Below are positions 36,789-45,540 of a DNA stretch of 64,000 nucleotides, piece after piece. The stretch lies in UHGV virus genome UHGV-0141727, one strand, 5' to 3'. The position numbers and the translations under genes are program-made. The stretch is from a virus. The notes beneath the pieces are model-generated. The model had not been told where the DNA came from. It worked only from the letters and a program-made list of their open reading frames with translations, and made no database searches. The stretch's first letter is position 1, and each line of letters begins with the position of its first letter.

Positions 36789-36953
36789 ATTTGTCTCAAA
36801 AGGGTATCATTGGTACATCATGTATCATCTAAGTCTCTTTTGTGTCTCTTTTGTGTCTCTAGTTTGATGCTTTTTACGCTATCTAACTTCTGGTCTTATT
36901 TTGTTTTCTCATATAAAATTCAATTCTTTCTCAAATGTGTCTCAGAAGTGGAG
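36789..36953 (+). repeat. parC: parC-like centromere/promoter iterons (11-bp phasing)
   Basis: (T)TTGTGTCTC-type repeats with the GTCTC core at 36792, 36803, 36843, 36854, 36865 and 36949, in sets spaced exactly 11 bp. AT-rich and upstream of parM. Confidence 0.6.
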
Positions 36954-36957
36954 CAAT

Positions 36958-37917
36958 ATGATGCGCATTTTTATCGACGATGGTTCTACCAATATCAAAA
37001 TGCTGTGGGAACAAGACGGGGAAACTCGAACCCATATCTGTCCGAACAGTTTTAAACGTGGATGGTCCGCCACATTTGGCGCAGGAAAGCCGTTTAACTA
37101 CATCATTGATGACGAAAAATATTCATATGACTTGATCTCGCCGGATGTGCTGCCGACGAATAACGTTGAATGGCAATACAGCCCGCTTAATGTGCTTGCT
37201 GTTCATCATGCCCTGCTTACAAGTGGCATTGAGCCTCAAGAAGTGGAAATAGTTGTCACGTTGCCACTGGCAGAGTTTTATGACGACGACGCACAATACA
37301 ACATGAAAAATATTGAGCGGAAAAAGGCCAGCCTGATGCGACCAGTCACCCTTAACAAAGGTCAGGTTTTTACTATCAAAAAAGTGACTGTGCGCCCGGA
37401 GTCAATACCCGCAGGGATCGGTCTGTGCGACAGCCTTGTGCCAGCGCATTCTGTGCTTATTGTTGATCTTGGTGGGACTACTCTGGATGTGTCGATGGTC
37501 GCCGGGCAAATGACCGCCGTTTCTCGCGTATTTGGCGATTCTAATCTCGGCGTTTCGCTGGTAACTAAAGAGGTCAGACAGGCACTTGCAAAAGCGAATA
37601 CCGAAACCTCTAATTATAATGTCGATCAATTAATCATTAATCGTGATGATGAGGATTATTTGACCGACAATATTAACGATCCGTCTGCTATTGATGATGT
37701 TAAGAAAGCCATTTCGTCAAGCATAGAACGACTCCGTACACGCGTACTGGATGTGATCAGTGATTTCAAAGGATACACGCATGTTATGGTCATTGGTGGC
37801 GGCGCGCCGCTTGTTGCTGATGCTATCCGTGAGCAGGTAAACATTCGTGACGATAGGTTTTTCGTTGCTGATGATCCACAACTTGCTCTTGTCTATGGTC
37901 TAAAATCTATCGGTTGA
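36958..37917 (+). CDS. parM: ParM actin-like plasmid segregation ATPase
   Basis: ORF 36901..37917; start MMRIFIDDGSTNIKM at 36958 after GGAG. Collinear similarity to R1 ParM (FIDDGSTNIK, ESIPAG, DLGGTTLD, YTHVMVIGGGA). Confidence 0.9.
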   Translation: MMRIFIDDGSTNIKMLWEQDGETRTHICPNSFKRGWSATFGAGKPFNYIIDDEKYSYDLISPDVLPTNNVEWQYSPLNVLAVHHALLTSGIEPQEVEIVVTLPLAEFYDDDAQYNMKNIERKKASLMRPVTLNKGQVFTIKKVTVRPESIPAGIGLCDSLVPAHSVLIVDLGGTTLDVSMVAGQMTAVSRVFGDSNLGVSLVTKEVRQALAKANTETSNYNVDQLIINRDDEDYLTDNINDPSAIDDVKKAISSSIERLRTRVLDVISDFKGYTHVMVIGGGAPLVADAIREQVNIRDDRFFVADDPQLALVYGLKSIG

Positions 37918-37927
37918 TGAGGTTGCC

Positions 37928-38293
37928 ATGTCTCAGGAACGTCGAAAAGTATTGTTTTATCTTCGTCCTGGTCTTAACGCCAGTGAGCAATATGCTGATG
38001 CAAAACTTGAGGGCCATCCATTAAGAGATCGCAATGATATGGCGCGCACAGCGATGCTTGCAGGTATCGCTCTTGGCGAGGTTGATAGCAGATTACCTCC
38101 CATGTTGGCATCGCTTTTATCCGGTGATAATAGCCCTGAAGTGATCAGAAAAATGCTGGTTTCATTTCTTGAAATTTCGCCTGAAGTTCGGGAAGCCTCT
38201 GAAGGAAACACCTCTGTCTCAGAGGATGTAAAAAAACCAGGCGTTCCGAAAAGCCGCTCTGCACAGAATTTGGCAAACTCACTCCCTGATTAA
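37928..38293 (+). CDS. parR: ParR-like centromere-binding adaptor
   Basis: 121 aa directly after parM. N-terminal RRKVLFYLRPG...R..MARTAMLAGIAL resembles the R1 ParR RHH region. Confidence 0.65.
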   Translation: MSQERRKVLFYLRPGLNASEQYADAKLEGHPLRDRNDMARTAMLAGIALGEVDSRLPPMLASLLSGDNSPEVIRKMLVSFLEISPEVREASEGNTSVSEDVKKPGVPKSRSAQNLANSLPD

Positions 38294-38310
38294 CCAATCT
38301 ACATCTTCAA

Positions 38311-38337
38311 AGGCTGCAATTTGCAGCCTTTTTTATA
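38311..38337 (+). terminator. rho-independent terminator after parR
   Basis: GGCUGCA-AUU-UGCAGCC followed by UUUUUUAU. Confidence 0.8.
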
Positions 38338-38339
38338 CC

Positions 38340-38570
38340 GTTATGGTTCTGGTTTGGTGCTCTTTTAGTACCAAAACGGTGTTGTTATGGTGCTGCTTTG
38401 TATCTGGTTCCACTTTGGGGCTGATTTCGTGTTAAACAGGATGCAACAGAGGGCAAATTTAGAGTGTTTAGTGTTATACTTTTGCAAAGCATAGTGACTC
38501 CACTATAGAGCCAAAACCGCATCAATAAGGCTTCTGTTTGGAACCAGTTTGATACCAAAATAACACCGAG
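38340..38570. repeat. degenerate 14-bp repeats upstream of parA (centromere/operator-like)
   Basis: GT(A/T)CC-N5-(C/T)GGTG-type motifs, e.g. GTACCAAAACGGTG at 38368-38381 and variants at 38346, 38405 and 38540-38567. Confidence 0.5.
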
Positions 38571-38578
38571 GAACGGAT

Positions 38579-39220
38579 ATGATTATATTGGTAGTCAGCC
38601 AAAAAGGTGGCTGTGGAAAATCAACCACAAGCGTAAACATCTGTGCGGAGCTTGCCCGCGAAAATAAGGATGTAGTGTTACTAGATGCAGACAAGCAAGG
38701 AACAGCTGCCCGCTGGGCAGCTGACCGTAACACGGCAGAGGTTTCTCCTGTAATTCATTGTGTCCAGAAGTTTGGTAATATTCGAGAAACACTTCTCGAT
38801 CTGGATAAGCGTTATGAATTTGTAGTTGTTGATACAGCCGGGCGCGATAGCAAAGAGATGCGTACAGGCATAACCGCTGCAGATATTGTGTTGGTCCCAT
38901 TCAGACCATCTCAACCAGATTTAGACACGCTGGCACACTTTGTTGAAGTGTTTGAAGAGGCTTTGGACCTGATGCCTAATCCTAGCATTAAGGCGTTCGC
39001 AGTCTTAACAATGGCCCCATCCAATCCGGTTGTGAATGAAACCAATGAGGCCAAAGAGTACCTAGCTGAATATCCGCAACTGAAGTTGCTGAAAACCATC
39101 ATTCGTGATCGTAAGGTTTACCGCGATTGCATGGCTGAAGGGAAGGGCGTTGTTGAGATGGACAACGGGAAAGCTAAAGGTGAAATCCAGATGTTGGTTA
39201 AGGAGTTATTAAGTGATTAA
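38579..39220 (+). CDS. parA: type Ib ParA/ParF-like Walker partition ATPase
   Basis: 213 aa. Deviant Walker A VVSQKGGCGKST. No N-terminal HTH extension. GAGGAA SD. Confidence 0.85.
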   Translation: MIILVVSQKGGCGKSTTSVNICAELARENKDVVLLDADKQGTAARWAADRNTAEVSPVIHCVQKFGNIRETLLDLDKRYEFVVVDTAGRDSKEMRTGITAADIVLVPFRPSQPDLDTLAHFVEVFEEALDLMPNPSIKAFAVLTMAPSNPVVNETNEAKEYLAEYPQLKLLKTIIRDRKVYRDCMAEGKGVVEMDNGKAKGEIQMLVKELLSD

Positions 39221-39500
39221 GCCTCGTAAATCGGTAAAAGCCCCCGAAGTAAAAGACCCCGATCTTGAACGCCGAATTGAGGATTTTGCCAGTAAGGCTG
39301 ATTTGGTGCCGGGTGAGCAACCAGAAGACAACAAAGTGCTCGATAAGGACGCCCCACGTGATTTTAAATCCATTCGTGTTGGCTTCAATGAATACGAGTA
39401 CCAGGTACTTGATGCGTTAAGCAAAAAGCATAATCGCAGCAAATTGAATATGATCCGCCATGCTATTCTCATGCTTGCAGAGTCTGAGGATACAAAATGA
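39213..39500 (+). CDS. ParG/ParB-like ribbon-helix-helix centromere-binding protein
   Basis: 95 aa, GTG start after AAGGAG, overlapping the parA end. C-terminal IRVGFNEYEYQVLDALSKKHNRSKLNMIRHAILMLAE is RHH-like. Confidence 0.6.
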   Translation: MIKPRKSVKAPEVKDPDLERRIEDFASKADLVPGEQPEDNKVLDKDAPRDFKSIRVGFNEYEYQVLDALSKKHNRSKLNMIRHAILMLAESEDTK

Positions 39501-39504
39501 CGCC

Positions 39505-39600
39505 GGAATAACACCGTTTTGGTTCCATGTGTTATTTTGAAGCTATTTTGATGCCTTTTTAGTACCAGAATGGTGTTATTAGTGTACCGTAACGGTGCTT
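39505..39600. repeat. same 14-bp repeat family downstream of the parA/RHH cassette
   Basis: CACCGTTTTGGTTC at 39512-39525 (inverted), GTACCAGAATGGTG at 39562-39575 and GTACCGTAACGGTG at 39584-39597. Confidence 0.5.
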
Positions 39601-39613
39601 GTTTGATGTTATA

Positions 39614-39637
39614 AAAGCCCCATATGGGGCTTTTCTT
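39614..39637. terminator. bidirectional terminator between the par cassette and dam
   Basis: AAAGCCCC-AUAU-GGGGCUUU with U-rich tails on both strands. Confidence 0.75.
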
Positions 39638-40478
39638 AATTAAGCGTGGCTATAATGTCGTTAGCTATCATTCGCGTTGATGCTTTACAGGATACAGAGC
39701 GACGGGATGGCATAGGATACACCTTGAAGCCATTGCCAACGTAAAGTTCGCGAATGTTAGGCGCTCCACTGTTTGTTATCACAATTTTCGCCCCGCGTCT
39801 GTGAGCATCTACCAGCAGCGACACCAGCCGTTGTTGATCTTCAAACCTAAAGCTATGCCCTGAGTAATTTGTAAATCCGGTAGTGTCGGGCAATGGTTCA
39901 TAGGGGGGATCGCAGAAAATCACATCATCATTCCCGGCAGCCTCAATTACACCAGCAAAATCGCCGGACACAAATTCCGAATACTTTGAAATATCGTCAG
40001 CCAGGAACGCCTCCATTTCCGCGAGAGGGAAGTGGGGTGATTTCTGCTTTCCATATCCGACGTTGAACTCTCCTTTACGGTTATAGCGAGTGACGCCATT
40101 AAAACAATGACGATTGAGATACAGGAACGCCGCTGCATGGTGAAGGGAATCATAAGCACCATTGTTGAATGCATTGCGAACATTCAAAAATGCATCAGCA
40201 GAGTTGTAATCCTGAAAAAAACGATATGCCAGTGTGATAAGAGAATGCCCTTCACGCTGCAATGTCTGATAGAAGTTAATCAGGTCATTATTGATATCGT
40301 TCAGCAGGTTGCTTTTAAATCCGGCATTAGTGAAAACAGCGCCACCTCCAACGAAAGGTTCTATCAACCGTTTTCCGTGGGGCAGGTGTTCGAAGATAAT
40401 GGGCAGTGCAGAAAATTTGCCGCCGACCCACTTAAAGACTGGGCGATCAAATTCGTCCTCCGAGCGAATACGTCGCAT
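39636..40478 (-). CDS. dam: DNA adenine (N6) methyltransferase, Dam family
   Basis: ORF 39636..40670. Conserved core starts at FKWVGGK. Motifs EPFVGGGAVF and DPPYEP. Start at M65 (40478) avoids a 125-nt overlap with the upstream gene. Confidence 0.85.
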   Translation of the reverse strand: MRRIRSEDEFDRPVFKWVGGKFSALPIIFEHLPHGKRLIEPFVGGGAVFTNAGFKSNLLNDINNDLINFYQTLQREGHSLITLAYRFFQDYNSADAFLNVRNAFNNGAYDSLHHAAAFLYLNRHCFNGVTRYNRKGEFNVGYGKQKSPHFPLAEMEAFLADDISKYSEFVSGDFAGVIEAAGNDDVIFCDPPYEPLPDTTGFTNYSGHSFRFEDQQRLVSLLVDAHRRGAKIVITNSGAPNIRELYVGNGFKVYPMPSRRSVSCKASTRMIANDIIATLN

Positions 40479-40545
40479 ATGGCTGATAGTGGCTTCCGCC
40501 GCAGGACGATGATTGTCGCTATAAGAAATAAATTTAGCACCAATA

Positions 40546-41193
40546 TCAGCCACGGATTCCCTCCTTATTTGCTTCAAATACAGCTCTTGCAAAACCGTAA
40601 GGTGTCGCGCTACGAAAATTCGCTCTTTCAGGTCCTGGCGGTGCCTTGTGTATTCGGTTATCTGGATCACCTAACGACTCGTCGATTCGCGGAGTTGGCA
40701 TGATGAATCCTTGTCCGCTCCACAGGCATGTTTTTTTGGTGTAATTGTCTTCCTTGCAATATGCAGTGAAGTGATAAGGATGGAATATGTGGTCAGGTTT
40801 ACGCCAGAATGTCGATATTTGGCTGACCGGGTTTTCAATCATGTACGGGCAACCAATCATCTTTGCAATGTCGTAACACTGCCAGACAACCTGCATTGCT
40901 TTGAACTGGAAAACCGGATCTTTTTTCGCTTTATCTGCGAACCAGCGTGCGCCAGATACAGCCAGGTCAGTACATGGAGGGAAACCGGCTAAAAATACAA
41001 CTCTGTGCAAATTTTTCCGAAGGAAATTGTAGACCTCATCACTGTCAATAATTGCGCTGATACGTGTGAGTACAGCACCTGACTCCATCAATTGGCTGCC
41101 GGACTCCTGGTGTTGCGGATCGACAATGACTGCATCAATGCCGTGTTCCAGCCAGGGGGAAACCATATTCCCTGTATAATCACAAAGACTCAC
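40546..41193 (-). CDS. DNA cytosine-5 methyltransferase-like protein (small, orphan)
   Basis: ORF 40546..41352 overlaps rdgC, so a probable start at GTG 41193 (VSLCDYTG = motif I-like) is preferred. GFPPCTDLAVSG (PC motif), IENP (ENV-like) and RSATPYGFA. Confidence 0.65.
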   Translation of the reverse strand: MSLCDYTGNMVSPWLEHGIDAVIVDPQHQESGSQLMESGAVLTRISAIIDSDEVYNFLRKNLHRVVFLAGFPPCTDLAVSGARWFADKAKKDPVFQFKAMQVVWQCYDIAKMIGCPYMIENPVSQISTFWRKPDHIFHPYHFTAYCKEDNYTKKTCLWSGQGFIMPTPRIDESLGDPDNRIHKAPPGPERANFRSATPYGFARAVFEANKEGIRG

Positions 41194-41209
41194 CGCCAGC
41201 GGTCGGTTA

Positions 41210-42115
41210 TTAATGCTCTGCTTCACCGCCAATGGCCTCCACCAGCGAGCTAAACATCGCGGATAATTCGCTTGTGAACAGAATGAAGTCAGCATCAAAT
41301 CGCTGGGCAACATCTTCACGGTCGATGTCATCGTTCTGGTCATAGAGATCATCGCAAAACGTCAGTGCTTTGATGCTCATGTCATCGTTTAACCTGAAGG
41401 TCGCGCGGTCCTGCCAGTTGATTGCAACTGTTGTTGCAACTTTTCCGGCTTCAATATGAGTCATTATTTCCTCTGACTGTAGGTCTACTTTCTTGCAACG
41501 AACTGCGCCGCCGTCATCGAACAGAGATTTCAATATGGCTTCTTCGCCTGCTTTAAAGCCTTGAGGAAATGTTGACTTGAACCATTCGGTCATAGTCATT
41601 TCGAGCGGTTCTATCGGCGTGAATGGAATCACCGGAAGGCTGCCAAGTGATTTACGTAAGAGCGCCAGCATTTCTTCTGCTTTTCTGGCGCTGGAAGCTT
41701 CTACGAAGACCAGATAGTTGTCGCGATCAATAAGGATTCGCGACAATGATTTGCGAGTGAATGCGCGAGGCAACAAAGAGTGGAGAACTTCATCCTTCAG
41801 GGTGTTTTTTTCCGACTTCTTCAGCTTACGGGATTGCTCATTTTCGAGCTTTTCCACTTTTTTCTGCACTTCCTCCTTAATGACATGAGAGGGCAGGAGC
41901 TTAATTTCTCGCTGTTGCTGGAGAAGTAGAAAACCGTGGTATTCATGGATCAGGTTGTCAGCCAGAACCGGCACCCATCCGACTTTTGCCATTTCTTGTG
42001 ATGCGCATGGAGTGAATGTGAATTGGCTTAAGGCATCACTAACGGTGGTTGAGTCCAGTTTAATTTCGCGGGCAAGGCGATAGACGTATATGTTTTTAAA
42101 TGCGACCAATCTCAT
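41210..42115 (-). CDS. rdgC: recombination-associated protein RdgC
   Basis: 301 aa, collinear with E. coli RdgC (FKNxxVYRL, FTPCxSQxMAKxGWVP, LKDEVLHSLLPRAF, LALLRKSLGSLPV). Confidence 0.9.
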   Translation of the reverse strand: MRLVAFKNIYVYRLAREIKLDSTTVSDALSQFTFTPCASQEMAKVGWVPVLADNLIHEYHGFLLLQQQREIKLLPSHVIKEEVQKKVEKLENEQSRKLKKSEKNTLKDEVLHSLLPRAFTRKSLSRILIDRDNYLVFVEASSARKAEEMLALLRKSLGSLPVIPFTPIEPLEMTMTEWFKSTFPQGFKAGEEAILKSLFDDGGAVRCKKVDLQSEEIMTHIEAGKVATTVAINWQDRATFRLNDDMSIKALTFCDDLYDQNDDIDREDVAQRFDADFILFTSELSAMFSSLVEAIGGEAEH

Positions 42116-42120
42116 ATTTC

Positions 42121-42163
42121 GTAAAACTGTGTTAGAAAATAAAACTCAATTATCTAACACAGT
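42121..42163 (-). promoter_or_regulatory. promoter-operator of the rdgC / C5-MTase / dam operon
   Basis: 38-bp palindrome ACTGTGTTAGAAAAT-N8-ATTATCTAACACAGT (1 mismatch). The -35 is TTGAGT at the centre and the -10-like element is TTTTAC at 42126-42121. ATG at 42115 has no SD. Confidence 0.65.
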
Positions 42164-42174
42164 TTTGTATTTTT

Positions 42175-42852
42175 CTATCCCTTCACAAAGGAGAAATTGC
42201 TCGCTGTTGCTTTTAGCGCGCCACCAGCGTTCAGGGCTATATCACCATCAGCGGCGACGGTTACATTGCTGCCTTTTACATTAACGTCTCCATCGGAGGA
42301 TACATTGGTTTTGCTGCTTGATTTGACGTTAACCTCACCTCCAGCATTAAGCACTATATTCGCCGGGCCGATTATGTAAATCTGGCCGGATTCGTTCATC
42401 CCTATCCTTGATCCTGCGGCGGTGTTTGCTATTTCATAGCCACCGCCAGCCGTTCTGACCTCAAGGATATTGTTTCGGTGAATAACAAAATCTTCAGTCG
42501 CCGAAAACTGGGGGCGGGCAGGAGCACCATCAACTTCTTCTGGCGACCATCCGTTTCCTTGTCCGGAGGCTTCCGGAGGCACATTTGGTACGCCTCCTGG
42601 GGCATCCTGCGCCGCGCCAACGATTAAAGGTCGGCGCGTGTCTATCCTGCCTTTAGCATCCAGATAAGGAAATTCGACCCAGACTAAATCGCCGCTGACT
42701 GTAGGTGTAAAGGCGTTACCGATAGGCATTTGATACTCTGCCCATGGGAGGTCTTCATCCGGTACACCGTTCCAGTCAGGCAGTATGCGGACCTGCGCTC
42801 GCATAAGTCCGGCAGGGTGTTTGGTCCCTACGATTTGCGCTCTGCGTTTCAC
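42175..42852 (-). CDS. baseplate central spike (gpV / Mu gp45-like) with C-terminal beta-helix
   Basis: 225 aa with an OB-fold-like N-terminus (LPWAEY..GDLVWVEFPYLD) and C-terminal repeats NVKSSSKTNVSSDGDVNVKGSNVTVAADGDIALNAGG. Confidence 0.7.
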   Translation of the reverse strand: MKRRAQIVGTKHPAGLMRAQVRILPDWNGVPDEDLPWAEYQMPIGNAFTPTVSGDLVWVEFPYLDAKGRIDTRRPLIVGAAQDAPGGVPNVPPEASGQGNGWSPEEVDGAPARPQFSATEDFVIHRNNILEVRTAGGGYEIANTAAGSRIGMNESGQIYIIGPANIVLNAGGEVNVKSSSKTNVSSDGDVNVKGSNVTVAADGDIALNAGGALKATASNFSFVKG

Positions 42853-43829
42853 TGGTTGGGTACTCCTAATATCATTCGTGTTGTATAGCCGATCCGGTCT
42901 TCAAAATGGGCTACGTTTTTCACCAGCAGCTTACGAGGCAACGATTCGTCCAGCTTATTTTCCTGGTCGTAACGATACACGAGGATCTCAATAACCATTC
43001 CCGGCGTGATGTCGGGATTACCCGCGACCTCAATATCCATTTTGGGTACGAGCGACAATTGCATATTGCGCAGAGTTTCCATATCCGGATCGGATATATA
43101 GCGTATTGGAAGTGAGCTATCGCCATATTCGACATAGCCTTCAGTCATTGAATAGCCGGTAAATCGATACTGAGTATTTGCCGTAACGGCATACTCTTGC
43201 TGTATAAGCCTCATTTTTGAAATCGTGTATTCCGCCCTGGGGTTGTTCCCTTCATAGGTGAATGATGGTTTGGCTTTCATAAGGTCAGCTAATGTATAAA
43301 AGTTAAACTGACCACGGCAGGCCCAGCATAAAGCGCCTTTGTCGCGGGCCATTTCAGATAGCATTTTGGAGGGTTTTTCCCCGGCGGAAAGATGGTACGT
43401 ACAGCTTCGTTTCAATGCGCTGGAGGCGATTTTCAGTGTACCGGTATACGTCTTGAAGATGGTATCAGGCGTTTTATTTGTATGCAGGTTAGCCCGTAGA
43501 GCGGGGATCTTAAATATCCGAACGTCTTCACTGACTGCAATGACCGTAATGACATCACCAGCCAGCACCGCAGATGTTACGAAAAAAGTTGTTTTAAACG
43601 TACCTGAATTGCCTTGTGGATCACCCATCTCTGCAACCAGTGCTGCGCCGTATTTTGTTTTCCAGTCATCAATTATGGTGCCGGTAATGTCGTGAATTTC
43701 CAGTTTCAGCAATGGTGCTCGCAGGTTTGCCTTTTCCACATATACGGCAGTGAATATCCACTCCCTGGGCACTTTGTTTCCGTTGATGGTAATGGACTGT
43801 AGAAAGTATTGCTGTAGCTCCTGGGACAT
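42849..43829 (-). CDS. baseplate hub protein (P2 gpD / Mu gp44-like)
   Basis: 326 aa, immediately upstream of and overlapping the spike gene. Confidence 0.55.
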   Translation of the reverse strand: MSQELQQYFLQSITINGNKVPREWIFTAVYVEKANLRAPLLKLEIHDITGTIIDDWKTKYGAALVAEMGDPQGNSGTFKTTFFVTSAVLAGDVITVIAVSEDVRIFKIPALRANLHTNKTPDTIFKTYTGTLKIASSALKRSCTYHLSAGEKPSKMLSEMARDKGALCWACRGQFNFYTLADLMKAKPSFTYEGNNPRAEYTISKMRLIQQEYAVTANTQYRFTGYSMTEGYVEYGDSSLPIRYISDPDMETLRNMQLSLVPKMDIEVAGNPDITPGMVIEILVYRYDQENKLDESLPRKLLVKNVAHFEDRIGYTTRMILGVPNQ

Positions 43830-43832
43830 GGC

Positions 43833-44600
43833 TTACCCCATTCTCAGAGAGGTTTCAGTAATAATTCGTTTCGCGTCCAGCTCCCAGGCGGTGATCACGT
43901 CTGCTATAACACTAATTGCCGTTTGTGCAGCATAAATACGCTCTTCCCCAATTGGGGCTGAAACATCAGTAAAACTGATGTCTTTAGCATCCTGAATCGC
44001 GCAAATTAGCGGGACGGGTACTCGTACCAGCGGGGTTGTTGCTTCAAACTGCGTTCCTGCCATCAAGCGAAGACGTGCTCCTAGCGAATTACACATCAGA
44101 CTCATGGTCGCCTTATCCGTCGCCATTAACGTAACGTCATACGTCAGATTTGCCTGGGTGTATTCCAGGGCTACTAAAGGCATACCGCTGCCAGGTTCGC
44201 AGAAGTGATCACAGCTTTTGCGGTCTATCTGCTGGTCATTGTTGATATAGCTGATATCCATTGAGCGCGAGATATTAATCAGAGGGAGCGCATCGCGATT
44301 AATGTTCGGATTCTCTGGCTTTCTCCCTTGCCCTGCATTAGCACGGCGAACCGCTTTAAGGAACTCGACCGCGTTATCAAAACGGGCAACATAAACACGC
44401 TCCGCTGGTGGGCGACTCAGGAATGATGCAAAGCGCCTTTCTTCTTTTGCTGGTTCCACCAGCGTTACGTCAGAAAAAATGTCGCTGATTAGCGTAGCAA
44501 AAGCGTTATCCACTCTTTCCAGACCAGTTGTCTGGAATTTTCCAGTACGCGTTGTCTGCCACTCGCCAATGCGGGACAGTAGAGTTTTGTTAGGTGTCAT
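43833..44600 (-). CDS. tail/baseplate-associated protein (unknown)
   Basis: 255 aa in the same operon, with 4-nt overlaps. Confidence 0.3.
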   Translation of the reverse strand: MTPNKTLLSRIGEWQTTRTGKFQTTGLERVDNAFATLISDIFSDVTLVEPAKEERRFASFLSRPPAERVYVARFDNAVEFLKAVRRANAGQGRKPENPNINRDALPLINISRSMDISYINNDQQIDRKSCDHFCEPGSGMPLVALEYTQANLTYDVTLMATDKATMSLMCNSLGARLRLMAGTQFEATTPLVRVPVPLICAIQDAKDISFTDVSAPIGEERIYAAQTAISVIADVITAWELDAKRIITETSLRMG

Positions 44601-45403
44601 TCGATCACTCCGTTTTGAGTGGTATCAAAGTTCCTGGCCGGGATGCAGTAATAAAGGGAACCAACGTGTTGTGTTCCGTAGCTGAAGATTCGATGCACGT
44701 ACCACCAGCGGCGGGCGAGGCCATTCGCCATTTCTTCGTTCCATTCCAGGATTGAACCAACAGGTACGTTGTTTGCAGCAATACGCAGGATTAGCACTTC
44801 ATCAGCAAGACCATCCTGTTCTCCATCGGCATCAATGGCATGAAACGAATCCCTTCCGTCCGGGTTATCTAGGACGTATACGATTTCCGGTTCCAGATAG
44901 GTAAGCTCACGCTGGTTGTTGTCCAGTTGCGTGAAAGACTCTTCACCTGTTTCATCGTTTACGACGCCATAGGTGCCATCAGCCGGGCGATATAAAAGCG
45001 CCTCGAATGCGTCAGGGCTTGATTCAATAATAAGCATCCAATCGGCGCGGATCTGGTCGTTGAACGCTTTGTGTCCGTTATATCGGGTTTTAAGCTGCTG
45101 GTTTGGTTCTCTGTTTGCGAGCGATGCCGGTAGGGGAGCGATGTCAGGTTCAATCACTTCCGTAACAGAGTCACCAGCATTATCAGGCCAATTATCATGG
45201 CGGCTATCTGCTTCGGTGGCAGCGCGTTCTTCCAGAATACTGAATGGCCCTGTACTGACCTTCCCATTTTCCGTTGTGCTTCCTTCATTCGCTTCAACCG
45301 TCGTTGTCTCTTCTCTCTGCGTGCTGTCATGTTCTGTTCCCTTTCTCATCAGGCTTGCATCATCAGCAAGCCATTCATCAAAACGGCCCATAAGCGTCCT
45401 CAA
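44597..45403 (-). CDS. acidic structural-module protein (unknown)
   Basis: 268 aa, first gene after the plus-strand insert. Confidence 0.3.
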   Translation of the reverse strand: MRTLMGRFDEWLADDASLMRKGTEHDSTQREETTTVEANEGSTTENGKVSTGPFSILEERAATEADSRHDNWPDNAGDSVTEVIEPDIAPLPASLANREPNQQLKTRYNGHKAFNDQIRADWMLIIESSPDAFEALLYRPADGTYGVVNDETGEESFTQLDNNQRELTYLEPEIVYVLDNPDGRDSFHAIDADGEQDGLADEVLILRIAANNVPVGSILEWNEEMANGLARRWWYVHRIFSYGTQHVGSLYYCIPARNFDTTQNGVIE

Positions 45404-45540
45404 AGGTCGATTTATCAGGTATAGAGGGGAATTGTCTGGAGATTGTGATTTGTTTGTCGCCAGGTAATTTCTTTAGATTGATGAGGCGAAATCTATCGGA
45501 GGTGCGGTATCATTGTTCGGTCAGAACTTAAGGAGAAACA

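Noticed and set aside
36714-36897. TCTAAC(AC) matches at 36716-36724 and 36891-36897 as extra immunity-operator half-sites
   Set aside because: Only 6-8 nt match, which is expected by chance in 2 x 64 kb. The first overlaps the PAAR gene SD/ATG, and no partner half-site is present.
40478-40670. The 125-nt overlap of the C5-MTase-like and Dam ORFs as proof of a frameshifted P1 Dmt-like fusion gene
   Set aside because: Gene order (C5 then Dam) is opposite to what I recall for P1 Dmt. The C5 ORF ends with a typical C-terminal motif (RSATPYGFA), and Dam has a plausible internal ATG (40478). The idea is kept only as a remark.
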